Assembly (NCBI GenBank): GCA_051252135.1
Contig: JBPOGH010000002.1
Span: 256,001 to 320,000, forward strand
DNA: 64,000 bases
Direction of reading: 5' to 3'
Source of the DNA: Verrucomicrobiaceae bacterium
Lineage (GTDB): Bacteria; Verrucomicrobiota; Verrucomicrobiia; Verrucomicrobiales; Akkermansiaceae
A model generated the notes under the pieces. That model had not been told where the DNA came from, made no database searches, and saw only the letters and a program-made list of their open reading frames with translations. Each line of letters begins with the position of its first letter. Position 1 is the stretch's first letter. The position numbers were made by a program, and so were the translations under genes. Positions 9,678-17,259 of this stretch are shown here, one piece after another.

Positions 9678-11578
9678 TCTGCGACGGTGAGGTTTCCGCC
9701 GAGCGCGCGTTGGCTGAGGCGCTCGATTCCTTCCCTGGCCATTGAGCTGGAGGGCAGGAGTTGTTTGGCCTGATAATACCAGGCGAGTGATGAGCCGACT
9801 TGGCCATTTTTCTCGTGCTCTTCAGCATTACGCAGGGCGATGGTGAAATCAGCTACGCTGGGGGCCATTTCGGTCATGCGTTGGTTGAGAACGGGATCAT
9901 CGGGGAATCTTTTGTGGACCAGTTCGAGCTTTTCCCAGGCGGCGTAGGGTTGTCCTACGCGGGCCATTTCCTTGGCTCCTTCGACGGCCCGTTCAATGGC
10001 GGTGATGTTCATTTTCACCTGGCGGAAGCTTGCTTCGCGCTCGGCATCGCCTTTGATGGCGGGAACGAATTCGTATTCGCGTTTGACGACTTCGCGGTAG
10101 TTGCCCTCGGCGAAGAGGCGGTCGAAATCGTTGCGGGCGGTGATCATGGTGCCACCTGATTCGACGAGTTGGTTGAACTCTTCGAGTTTGGGATTTTGAG
10201 GCCAGATTTCCATGGCAGCACGGATTTCTTCCTGGGCTTTTTCGAGGTCGCGATTTCCGAGGTGAATTTTGGCCTGCATGATGTGCATGTCACTGGCGCT
10301 TGAGTAGGAGCGGACGGCAGCTTCGGCTTTGGTGGCATCGAAGTCATTGGCCTTGCCCTTGAGCATGGCGATTTGCTCCGATGCTTTGGCGTAGTCCTTG
10401 GATTCGATGGCATTGAGTAGGACGTAGGATTCGCGGACGAACTCGAGGACCTTGCGTTTTTTGGTGCGTGGAAGGGTGTTGACGGAGGGCATGAACTCGC
10501 CCACGAGGTAGGCTTCGGCGAGGCGCTTGGAGGCGGAGTCCAGTTCGTCCTGCTCCAGCAAGAAGAGGAAGGCTTCCACGCTTTTATCGATATCCCGGAT
10601 GGCTTCGCTGGCGAGGGAGTCGAGGGTGGAAACGGTGGGGCTGACGCCGAGGCTTTCGGTGAAGAGTTTATCGATGTCCGACTTTTCATCGAGGTAGAGG
10701 GCTCCATCGCCATCGCGCCAGATGAGGTTGTAGAAGCGCGAGGCCATGAGGACGTGCTCGAAGCGGCGCTGAAGGAAGAACTGAACCATGAGCGCCTGAT
10801 ATTGCATTTTGGCGAGTTCGGTTTTGACCTCGGTTTTGATTTGGTGGGTTTTTTTGAGGGCTTCGATCTCGGCGATGCGGCGGAGGTACTCGGCGTATTC
10901 GAGGGAGGAAACTCCGCGTCCGGTGGAGGGTTCTTCGGAAGCTTTTTTGTTTTTTTCGTCGCCTTGGCCGGCTCCTTTGGTGGCGTCGCCGACGGTGGGG
11001 TCGATATCGGTGCGGGCTTTCCAGTCACCTTTTTTGATGATGCGCCATTTTTCCTTTTCCTGGGCATCCATGAGGGCCTTGGTTCCGGCGACGTCGTTTT
11101 TGGCCAGGAGGGCGGTGTAGAGGGCGTTGGTGAGGGAATCACAGAGGCGGGCATCACCTGGGTAGCTGGAAGCGCGGGGAAGGAGCTGAAGGGCGGCTTT
11201 GAAGTCGGCTCCGCCCTTGTGGTGCGGGGAGATGGTATCGAGGATTTCGCGGATGGTGTCGCGGTATTCTTGGGCGGCTTCCGAGTTTTCCTCGGGTTCG
11301 TTGAGGTATTTTTGGAAACGGGCTTCGAAGAGTCGGTTGTCGCTGGCGGCCCAGGTGGAGCCATTCCAGCTGATTGTTTCGTCCGACGGGTTGTAGAAGC
11401 CGATTTCGTTGCCGAGGACGGAGCCGTTGTTATTGCTTCCGGAGTTGGCCGGCTGGGAGCGGGTTACGGTGTCGGTCGATTGTCCCGATTTGTTATTGTT
11501 TCCGCCACCGGAGGGTGGGGTGTAGACTTGGGCGCCGAGGGGAAGGGTCAGGGCGAGGAGATAAAGTGGAGTCTTCAT
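9674..11578 (-). CDS. Secreted helical/TPR-like hypothetical protein
   Basis: Signal peptide MKTPLYLLALTLPLGAQ; TPR-like segments (AQEEIRAAMEIWPQNP; LAWYYQAKQLLPSS). Confidence 0.75.
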   Translation of the reverse strand: MKTPLYLLALTLPLGAQVYTPPSGGGNNNKSGQSTDTVTRSQPANSGSNNNGSVLGNEIGFYNPSDETISWNGSTWAASDNRLFEARFQKYLNEPEENSEAAQEYRDTIREILDTISPHHKGGADFKAALQLLPRASSYPGDARLCDSLTNALYTALLAKNDVAGTKALMDAQEKEKWRIIKKGDWKARTDIDPTVGDATKGAGQGDEKNKKASEEPSTGRGVSSLEYAEYLRRIAEIEALKKTHQIKTEVKTELAKMQYQALMVQFFLQRRFEHVLMASRFYNLIWRDGDGALYLDEKSDIDKLFTESLGVSPTVSTLDSLASEAIRDIDKSVEAFLFLLEQDELDSASKRLAEAYLVGEFMPSVNTLPRTKKRKVLEFVRESYVLLNAIESKDYAKASEQIAMLKGKANDFDATKAEAAVRSYSSASDMHIMQAKIHLGNRDLEKAQEEIRAAMEIWPQNPKLEEFNQLVESGGTMITARNDFDRLFAEGNYREVVKREYEFVPAIKGDAEREASFRQVKMNITAIERAVEGAKEMARVGQPYAAWEKLELVHKRFPDDPVLNQRMTEMAPSVADFTIALRNAEEHEKNGQVGSSLAWYYQAKQLLPSSSMAREGIERLSQRALGGNLTVAD

Positions 11579-11598
11579 GGGATCAGGACGGTGCGGGG

Positions 11599-11994
11599 TT
11601 ACATCTGCTTTACTTCAAGCGCCACCGCGACGCCGTCGTTGTTAAATTGGATCAGAAAGGCGTAGTTTTCCTGAAGGCTGAGGTTTCCGGCCTGGAAGTC
11701 GGGCTCAAGCATGATGGGGAGAATGCGGAGGATGCCGTCTTCTTCAACTTCGAGGGCGACGATCTGGCCGTTGTCCTCGATTTTTCGGTCGATGATTTTT
11801 CCGGTGACGGAATATTCGTTGCCGGCGAGGCTGCGGCCGTTTTCCTGGGCGTGGGAGACATTGACCGGTTTGGCATCAAAAGCTGCCGGGGTACGATTGA
11901 GGAACCAATACCCTCCGCCGAGAACGACGATGAGAATCACGGCTCCGATGAGGAGACCTTGCGTATTAACGCCTGAGCTTGCGCGACGAGCCAT
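11599..11994 (-). CDS. Membrane-anchored hypothetical protein (possible OB-fold)
   Basis: Start set at ATG 11994 (MARRASSG); one TM (LLIGAVILIVVLGGGYWFL) then a beta-rich domain. Confidence 0.65.
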   Translation of the reverse strand: MARRASSGVNTQGLLIGAVILIVVLGGGYWFLNRTPAAFDAKPVNVSHAQENGRSLAGNEYSVTGKIIDRKIEDNGQIVALEVEEDGILRILPIMLEPDFQAGNLSLQENYAFLIQFNNDGVAVALEVKQM

Positions 11995-12025
11995 GGGAAT
12001 AGAGTAGTGTGGGGTTGGGAAAGAA

Positions 12026-13783
12026 TCAATCCCACTGGTGGCGGCAGGAGCCGACCCAGGAGGCGATGAGACCAAGGAAGATGTGAATCAGGAGGACGAG
12101 GAAGCAGACGGGGACTGCGGAAAGGGCGGTCTCGACGACTGAATTGACGGCGGTGAGGTGTCCGCCGGAGAGGGACTTTACGCTGCCGGACCAGCCCCAG
12201 TAGGCGGAGATGAAGGGGCGGGTGATGACTTCGATATTTTCCGGGAGGGCGAGAACGGCTCCGGAAAGGGGGAGCTGGAAGCCCACGAGGTAGACGGAGA
12301 GGAGGGAGGCTTGCTCGGCGGTGCGCATGAGGCTGGAGATGCCGAGGCACACCGAGGTCATGGCGGCATTGACGAGGATGAGAAAGATGACGTGTTGGGT
12401 GAAATCGCCTCTGAAGGGCCAGAAGAACTCCACGAAGACGCCCATCCAGATCGATTGGACGAGGATGAGGGTGGAGAGGAAGGCGATCTTGCTGAGGAGG
12501 TAGGCGGCCGGGCGGACTCCTCCGAATTTTTCCTTCTCCATGATTTGGCGCTCGCCGGCGATTTCGCGGGCGGCGTTGTTGGAACCCATGAGGGAGAGGA
12601 GGACGACCTGAAACATGATGATTCCGGAGACTGCCGAGCCGACCTTCATGCGGTCGGATTGGACGGCGGCCTGTTGCTCGTATTGGGCCTGCATGTTGAC
12701 GCCGGATCCTTCATTGAGACGACGCATGGGCTCGTTGCCCCGGTCGGCGAAGAGGGTCACCAGGACGGGGAAGCAGAGGAGGATGGCAATTTGAAGTGCC
12801 ACTTGTCCACGGTCGCGGAGGAAGATTTTCCAGCGGCGGGCCAGAAGGGTGGTGAATTGGCTGATGATGCCGGGGGCGTGGAGGGGCTCGGGGGCTTCGG
12901 CGATGATTTCATCGTCTTCGCTTTCCACAGGAGTGGATTCGGTCGGGATTTTGAGGCGACCGGTTTCGATGAGGCTGGAGCGGTTTTTCTGAAGTTTGCC
13001 GTAGTAGTTTTCCTTATGTTTAAACCACGATGAGCGCCACTTTTCGGAGCTTTGTTTCGCGAGTTGCGGGTAGACGAGCTCGGTGTGGTCGACAGAAAAG
13101 TAATGCGTCAACATGTCGGGCGGTCCGTGGAAGGCGACGCGCCCCTCGTGAAGCACGAGGATGGAATCGTAGAGTTCCAGGTGGGCGAGGGAGTGGGTTA
13201 CGGAAAGGACGATGCGTCCGTCCTTGCGGGAGATGTCATGAAGGAGGTGGACGATTTCGCGCTCCGAGCGGGGGTCGAGTCCACTGGTGACTTCATCACA
13301 GAGGAGAAGTTTGGGGTCGGAGACGAGCTCCATGGCGAGGCCGAGGCGGCGTTTCTGTCCTCCGGAAAGGACGTGGACTTCGCGATCGGCAATGGGGGCG
13401 AGGCCGGTTTCTTCGAGGACGCGGTCGATGCGGCGGTCGAGGTCGGCAGAGCCCTTTGTTTTGACGCGGAGCTTGGTGGCGGCTTCGATGGATTCGTCGA
13501 CGCTGAGTTCGTCGAAGGCGATGGAGAATTGGGGGACGTAGCCGATTTCCCAGGGTTCGAGGTCGCCTTCTTCGGAGAGATTTCGGCCGTTCCACCAGAG
13601 GGATCCGTCTGATTCCGGGTTGAGGCCGGCGATGGTTTTGAGGAGGGTGGTCTTGCCGCAGCCGGAAGGACCAACGATGGCCATGAAATGGCCACGCGGA
13701 ATTTCCAGACTCACGCGGTCCACTAGATTTACATCCTCACCCTCTTTTTGAATGGTGAAGCAGACGTCTTTCAGTTCGAGCAC
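12026..13783 (-). CDS. ABC transporter, fused N-terminal ATPase + ABC-2 type permease
   Basis: GPSGCGKT, LSGGQ, LLLCDE, H-loop VTH; about 6 C-terminal TM helices. Confidence 0.9.
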   Translation of the reverse strand: MLELKDVCFTIQKEGEDVNLVDRVSLEIPRGHFMAIVGPSGCGKTTLLKTIAGLNPESDGSLWWNGRNLSEEGDLEPWEIGYVPQFSIAFDELSVDESIEAATKLRVKTKGSADLDRRIDRVLEETGLAPIADREVHVLSGGQKRRLGLAMELVSDPKLLLCDEVTSGLDPRSEREIVHLLHDISRKDGRIVLSVTHSLAHLELYDSILVLHEGRVAFHGPPDMLTHYFSVDHTELVYPQLAKQSSEKWRSSWFKHKENYYGKLQKNRSSLIETGRLKIPTESTPVESEDDEIIAEAPEPLHAPGIISQFTTLLARRWKIFLRDRGQVALQIAILLCFPVLVTLFADRGNEPMRRLNEGSGVNMQAQYEQQAAVQSDRMKVGSAVSGIIMFQVVLLSLMGSNNAAREIAGERQIMEKEKFGGVRPAAYLLSKIAFLSTLILVQSIWMGVFVEFFWPFRGDFTQHVIFLILVNAAMTSVCLGISSLMRTAEQASLLSVYLVGFQLPLSGAVLALPENIEVITRPFISAYWGWSGSVKSLSGGHLTAVNSVVETALSAVPVCFLVLLIHIFLGLIASWVGSCRHQWD

Positions 13784-13914
13784 TGGTGACTTTGGGTTGA
13801 TCGTTGGGTGTTAACCGAGAAGCTTCGTCCAAGGTTTCGATTAAACTGCCTGTTTTTCGTTAAGGTGAAAAGCTAGAAAGGCGGCTTCTTAAGGGTGAGT
13901 ATTCCTTTTCTGAC

Positions 13915-15210
13915 ATGCGATTTCCGATCTACGCGCTCTTTTTGCTCCAGCTAGCCAATTTCCCAGCCCAAGCCGAATGGAGGCAGTTTCGTGGACCGAC
14001 GGGCGACGGGATTTATCCTGAGCGGGAGGATGGGGCGCTTCATGGTTTTCCGGTTGAGTGGAGCGAGGAAAAGAATGTGGTCTGGAAGACTCCGGTTGAG
14101 GGGCGGGCGTGGTCGACTCCGGTGGTGATGGATAACGAGGTCTGGGTGTCCAACGCCACCGAGGACGGGAAGAAGATGTTCGCAGTGTGTCTTGATAAGA
14201 CATCGGGAAAAAAGGTGCATGATTTGCTCCTTTTTGAGAACGCAAGTCCGGAGGAGTTGAGCAACCGGGTGAATGGATATGGGTCGTGCTCGCCTACGAT
14301 TGATGGGGAGCGGGTTTACTTTCATTTTGGAAGCTATGGCACAGCGGCGTTGGACCGGAAGAGCGGGGAGAAGATATGGGAGCGGCGTGATCTGCCGTGT
14401 CGTCATTTCCGGGGACCGGCGTCCTCGGTGGTGCTCCACAAGGAGACGCTCATTCTCACGATGGATGGGATTGACGTGCAGTATCTTGCGGCGTTGGATC
14501 GTAAGACGGGCAAGACGGTGTGGCGGACGGATCGCACGACAGACTTTGGTGATGTGGAAGCGGGAGGGAAGATCCGGGGAGATGGTGATTTTCGGAAATC
14601 CTACACCACGCCGAACTTCGTAGTGGTGGGTGGAGTGACGCAACTTGTGAGTGCGGGAGCGAAGGCGTGTTTTGGGTATGAGGCTGATACCGGGAAGGAG
14701 CTTTGGAAGGTGACCTACAATGGGTTTTCCAATGGTGCGAGTCCGGTCTTTGTGGGGAATGAGATGGCGATTATTAACACCGGATTGGGAAAGGCGCACG
14801 TATTGGGGGTGCGGCTGGATGGTGAGATGAAGGGTGATGTGACGAAATCCCATGTGGAGTGGGACATTTTCAAACGGATGCCCGGCCGGACGTCTCCGGT
14901 GGTGGTGGATGGAAAAGTCTATCTGACTTCGGAGGAGGGGATTCTGAGTCGGGTGGATGCAATGACGGGCGAGATCGAGAAGTTTGTGAGCTTGAAGGGC
15001 CATTTCTCAGGGTCCGGGGTTTATGCCGACGGGCATCTGTATTTTCCCAGCGAGCAAGGGAAGGTGGTGGTGGTGAAGCCGGATGAGGAATTGACGATCG
15101 TGGCCTCCAACGAGCTGGATGACGGATTTATGGCGTCTCCGGCGCTTGATGGGGATTCGATCTACCTGAGGTCGAAATCGCACGTGTACCGGATCTCGAA
15201 AAAGAAGTAA
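13915..15210 (+). CDS. PQQ-binding-like beta-propeller protein (BamB-like repeat family)
   Basis: Signal peptide; WRQFRGP; repeated SPV / LDxxTGxxxW motifs. Confidence 0.85.
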   Translation: MRFPIYALFLLQLANFPAQAEWRQFRGPTGDGIYPEREDGALHGFPVEWSEEKNVVWKTPVEGRAWSTPVVMDNEVWVSNATEDGKKMFAVCLDKTSGKKVHDLLLFENASPEELSNRVNGYGSCSPTIDGERVYFHFGSYGTAALDRKSGEKIWERRDLPCRHFRGPASSVVLHKETLILTMDGIDVQYLAALDRKTGKTVWRTDRTTDFGDVEAGGKIRGDGDFRKSYTTPNFVVVGGVTQLVSAGAKACFGYEADTGKELWKVTYNGFSNGASPVFVGNEMAIINTGLGKAHVLGVRLDGEMKGDVTKSHVEWDIFKRMPGRTSPVVVDGKVYLTSEEGILSRVDAMTGEIEKFVSLKGHFSGSGVYADGHLYFPSEQGKVVVVKPDEELTIVASNELDDGFMASPALDGDSIYLRSKSHVYRISKKK

Positions 15211-15265
15211 AAAGTCCGACCTTTTCCCGTGACGAGTGGGGTGGAATGGGGGAGATTGCGTGGTC

Positions 15266-16138
15266 ATGAAATTATCCCTACCCGTTTCGCTCCTCCTTTT
15301 GGCTGTTCCCCATGTGTCGTTTGCAAAGGACGAGGTGGTGGTGGCTGATGACAAGGCTTATGTTCTTTATCAAGAGAATCACGTTCTGCCGGCAGGCACC
15401 GTATTGGAGCGTTCGCTCAGTAACACGGTGAAGGACGGGAAGCTCAAGATTTCCATGCAGGGAGAGATGATGGACGGCGGGATGACGATGGAGACGACGG
15501 AGTCTGACAAGCTGGAGTCTCTGGAAGGCGGGAAGTATCGCTACACATTGGTGTCGAGTGATGAGAGCCAGCAGATGACCCTCATGGGTCAGCCGATGCC
15601 GGCCAATGCCAAGGTGAACGTCATGGTGGGCAAGGCGGTGGTACTGTCCAAGGTCGAAGGCAAGTGGGTTGGTAAGCTTGAGGAAGGAGAGGCGACGATT
15701 GAGCAGAACGCCGAGATCGTCAAAATCCAGACCCGTTTGAACGAAGATCCGAGTGCCAAGCTTTATGGCACGGCTCCGCGCAAAGTGGGTGACGAGTGGG
15801 AGTCGGACGCAGCGGGGATGATGGGACTTGAGGATTTCAACGGCAAGGTGAAGACGAAGTTTGTCAAAATCGAAAAGTTCCAGGGTGTCGCCTGCGCGGT
15901 GCTCCACAGCACGATCGAATTGAACGGAACGGTCGATGAAATGGAAGAGATGACGATGAGCCTGACGGGCACGGTTGATAGCCGTCGTTCTCTCAAGGAC
16001 TTGGAGGACTTGAGTTTTGAAATGAAAGGCACCATGAAAATGAACGGTGCGATGGAGCCCCAGCCCGGTCTTGCGGTGAAGATGGAAATGACCGGTCCGA
16101 TGGCGATGACCGGTAAAGCGACGCTGACCCGTCCGTAG
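15266..16138 (+). CDS. Secreted hypothetical beta-rich protein
   Basis: Signal peptide MKLSLPVSLLLLAVPHVSFA; KVGDEW motif; Met-rich strands. Confidence 0.7.
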   Translation: MKLSLPVSLLLLAVPHVSFAKDEVVVADDKAYVLYQENHVLPAGTVLERSLSNTVKDGKLKISMQGEMMDGGMTMETTESDKLESLEGGKYRYTLVSSDESQQMTLMGQPMPANAKVNVMVGKAVVLSKVEGKWVGKLEEGEATIEQNAEIVKIQTRLNEDPSAKLYGTAPRKVGDEWESDAAGMMGLEDFNGKVKTKFVKIEKFQGVACAVLHSTIELNGTVDEMEEMTMSLTGTVDSRRSLKDLEDLSFEMKGTMKMNGAMEPQPGLAVKMEMTGPMAMTGKATLTRP

Positions 16139-16206
16139 GGTTGGCGATCGAGGATTGAATCAATGCGCACCACCTTGCGGTGGCTGCGCATTTTTGTTGG
16201 TGATCA

Positions 16207-16785
16207 TTACAGTCCCGAAATGATGAGCTCGATCTGGCGACGATGGATTCTCATGTGGATAGCGGTGAGGGCGTGCCAGCCGTGGGCGTCGAGGGGGCCG
16301 AACCAGGGGTGGTTGTGGGTGAGGGGGGTGTGGAGATCGTCGATGCCGGCGATGGTTTTTTGAAGGACGGTGGAGGCCTTTTGAAAGGTGGGGAGGATGT
16401 CAGGGCCGGTGCCGGGTTCGGGTTTGACGTCCTGGGTGCGGACTTCGAGATCAGGTGATTTCCCCCGGGCGATACTGCGGATGACACCGGCGATGCCGAG
16501 ATTGACGATGGCGAGGTGGCTGAGGGTCATGTAGGTCGACCAGTGGCGGCTGCTGTCCTCGATCCCTCTGATTCGTTTGATGAGAACAGGGGTGGCGGCT
16601 TGTTCTTCGGTGAGAGAAGCGACAAGAGTCATGATTTTTTCCTCCTCGGCGAGGAAGAGTCGGGTGAACCAATCGCGTGATTTGATTTTTCGGAGGAGGG
16701 GAAAGATGAATCCCATGATGATTTGCTCGCGTTTGCGAAGGCCGGCGCCCGGGGCTTCAAGTTGTGGGTTTTCCTGCTTGTTCAT
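16207..16785 (-). CDS. DinB/YfiT-like metal-binding protein
   Basis: Start set at ATG 16785; WSTYMTLSHL, HNHPWFGPL, HMRIHRRQI. Confidence 0.8.
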   Translation of the reverse strand: MNKQENPQLEAPGAGLRKREQIIMGFIFPLLRKIKSRDWFTRLFLAEEEKIMTLVASLTEEQAATPVLIKRIRGIEDSSRHWSTYMTLSHLAIVNLGIAGVIRSIARGKSPDLEVRTQDVKPEPGTGPDILPTFQKASTVLQKTIAGIDDLHTPLTHNHPWFGPLDAHGWHALTAIHMRIHRRQIELIISGL

Positions 16786-16828
16786 TACTTGCAAAATGAA
16801 AGTGAAAATAGTGGTGATATGCAAGTAA
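16785..16828. promoter_or_regulatory. Inverted repeat, candidate operator of the HxlR-type regulator
   Basis: TTACTTGCA (16785-16793) ... TGCAAGTAA (16820-16828) in the short divergent intergenic region. Confidence 0.55.
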
Positions 16829-16848
16829 AGTTTTGGCATGGTTTTTTT

Positions 16849-17199
16849 GTGGCAGAGAAAAGAGAGCAGCAAAGCTGGCGTTCCCCGTGTCCGGTTTCGC
16901 GAGTTTTGGAGATCATGGGGGACCGATGGTCTTTGTTGGTGGTGCGTGATTTGATGTTGGGGAGAACTCGATTTAAGGAGTTTATGGCTTCGCCCGAAGG
17001 GATCCCGACGAACATTCTGACCGACCGACTCAATCGACTGATGGAGCATGGGGTGATTGAAAAGAAGCCTGTCTCGGAGGGTGCAAAAAGATTTGCCTAT
17101 GAGCTGACTGAAAAGGGGGAGGCTCTTCGGCCGGTGCTCCGATCGATGATGAAGTGGGGGCTTCAGTTTGAGGAGGGGACAGAACTGGGAATGCGGTAA
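16849..17199 (+). CDS. HxlR/DUF24 family winged-helix regulator
   Basis: SPCPVSRVLEIMGDRWSLLVVRDL, RFKEF, GIPTNILTDRL, YELTEKG; start set at GTG 16849. Confidence 0.9.
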   Translation: MAEKREQQSWRSPCPVSRVLEIMGDRWSLLVVRDLMLGRTRFKEFMASPEGIPTNILTDRLNRLMEHGVIEKKPVSEGAKRFAYELTEKGEALRPVLRSMMKWGLQFEEGTELGMR

Positions 17200-17259
17200 C
17201 TGTTCCTTATGGGGCAGTAGTGTTTGTCAACGGGTGGTTCGCTGGGCAGGGTAGTTGTC

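Noticed and set aside
9482..9745. 87-aa ORF across the intergenic palindrome
   Set aside because: Lies within the MITE-like element and overlaps the convergent gene; no recognisable protein features.
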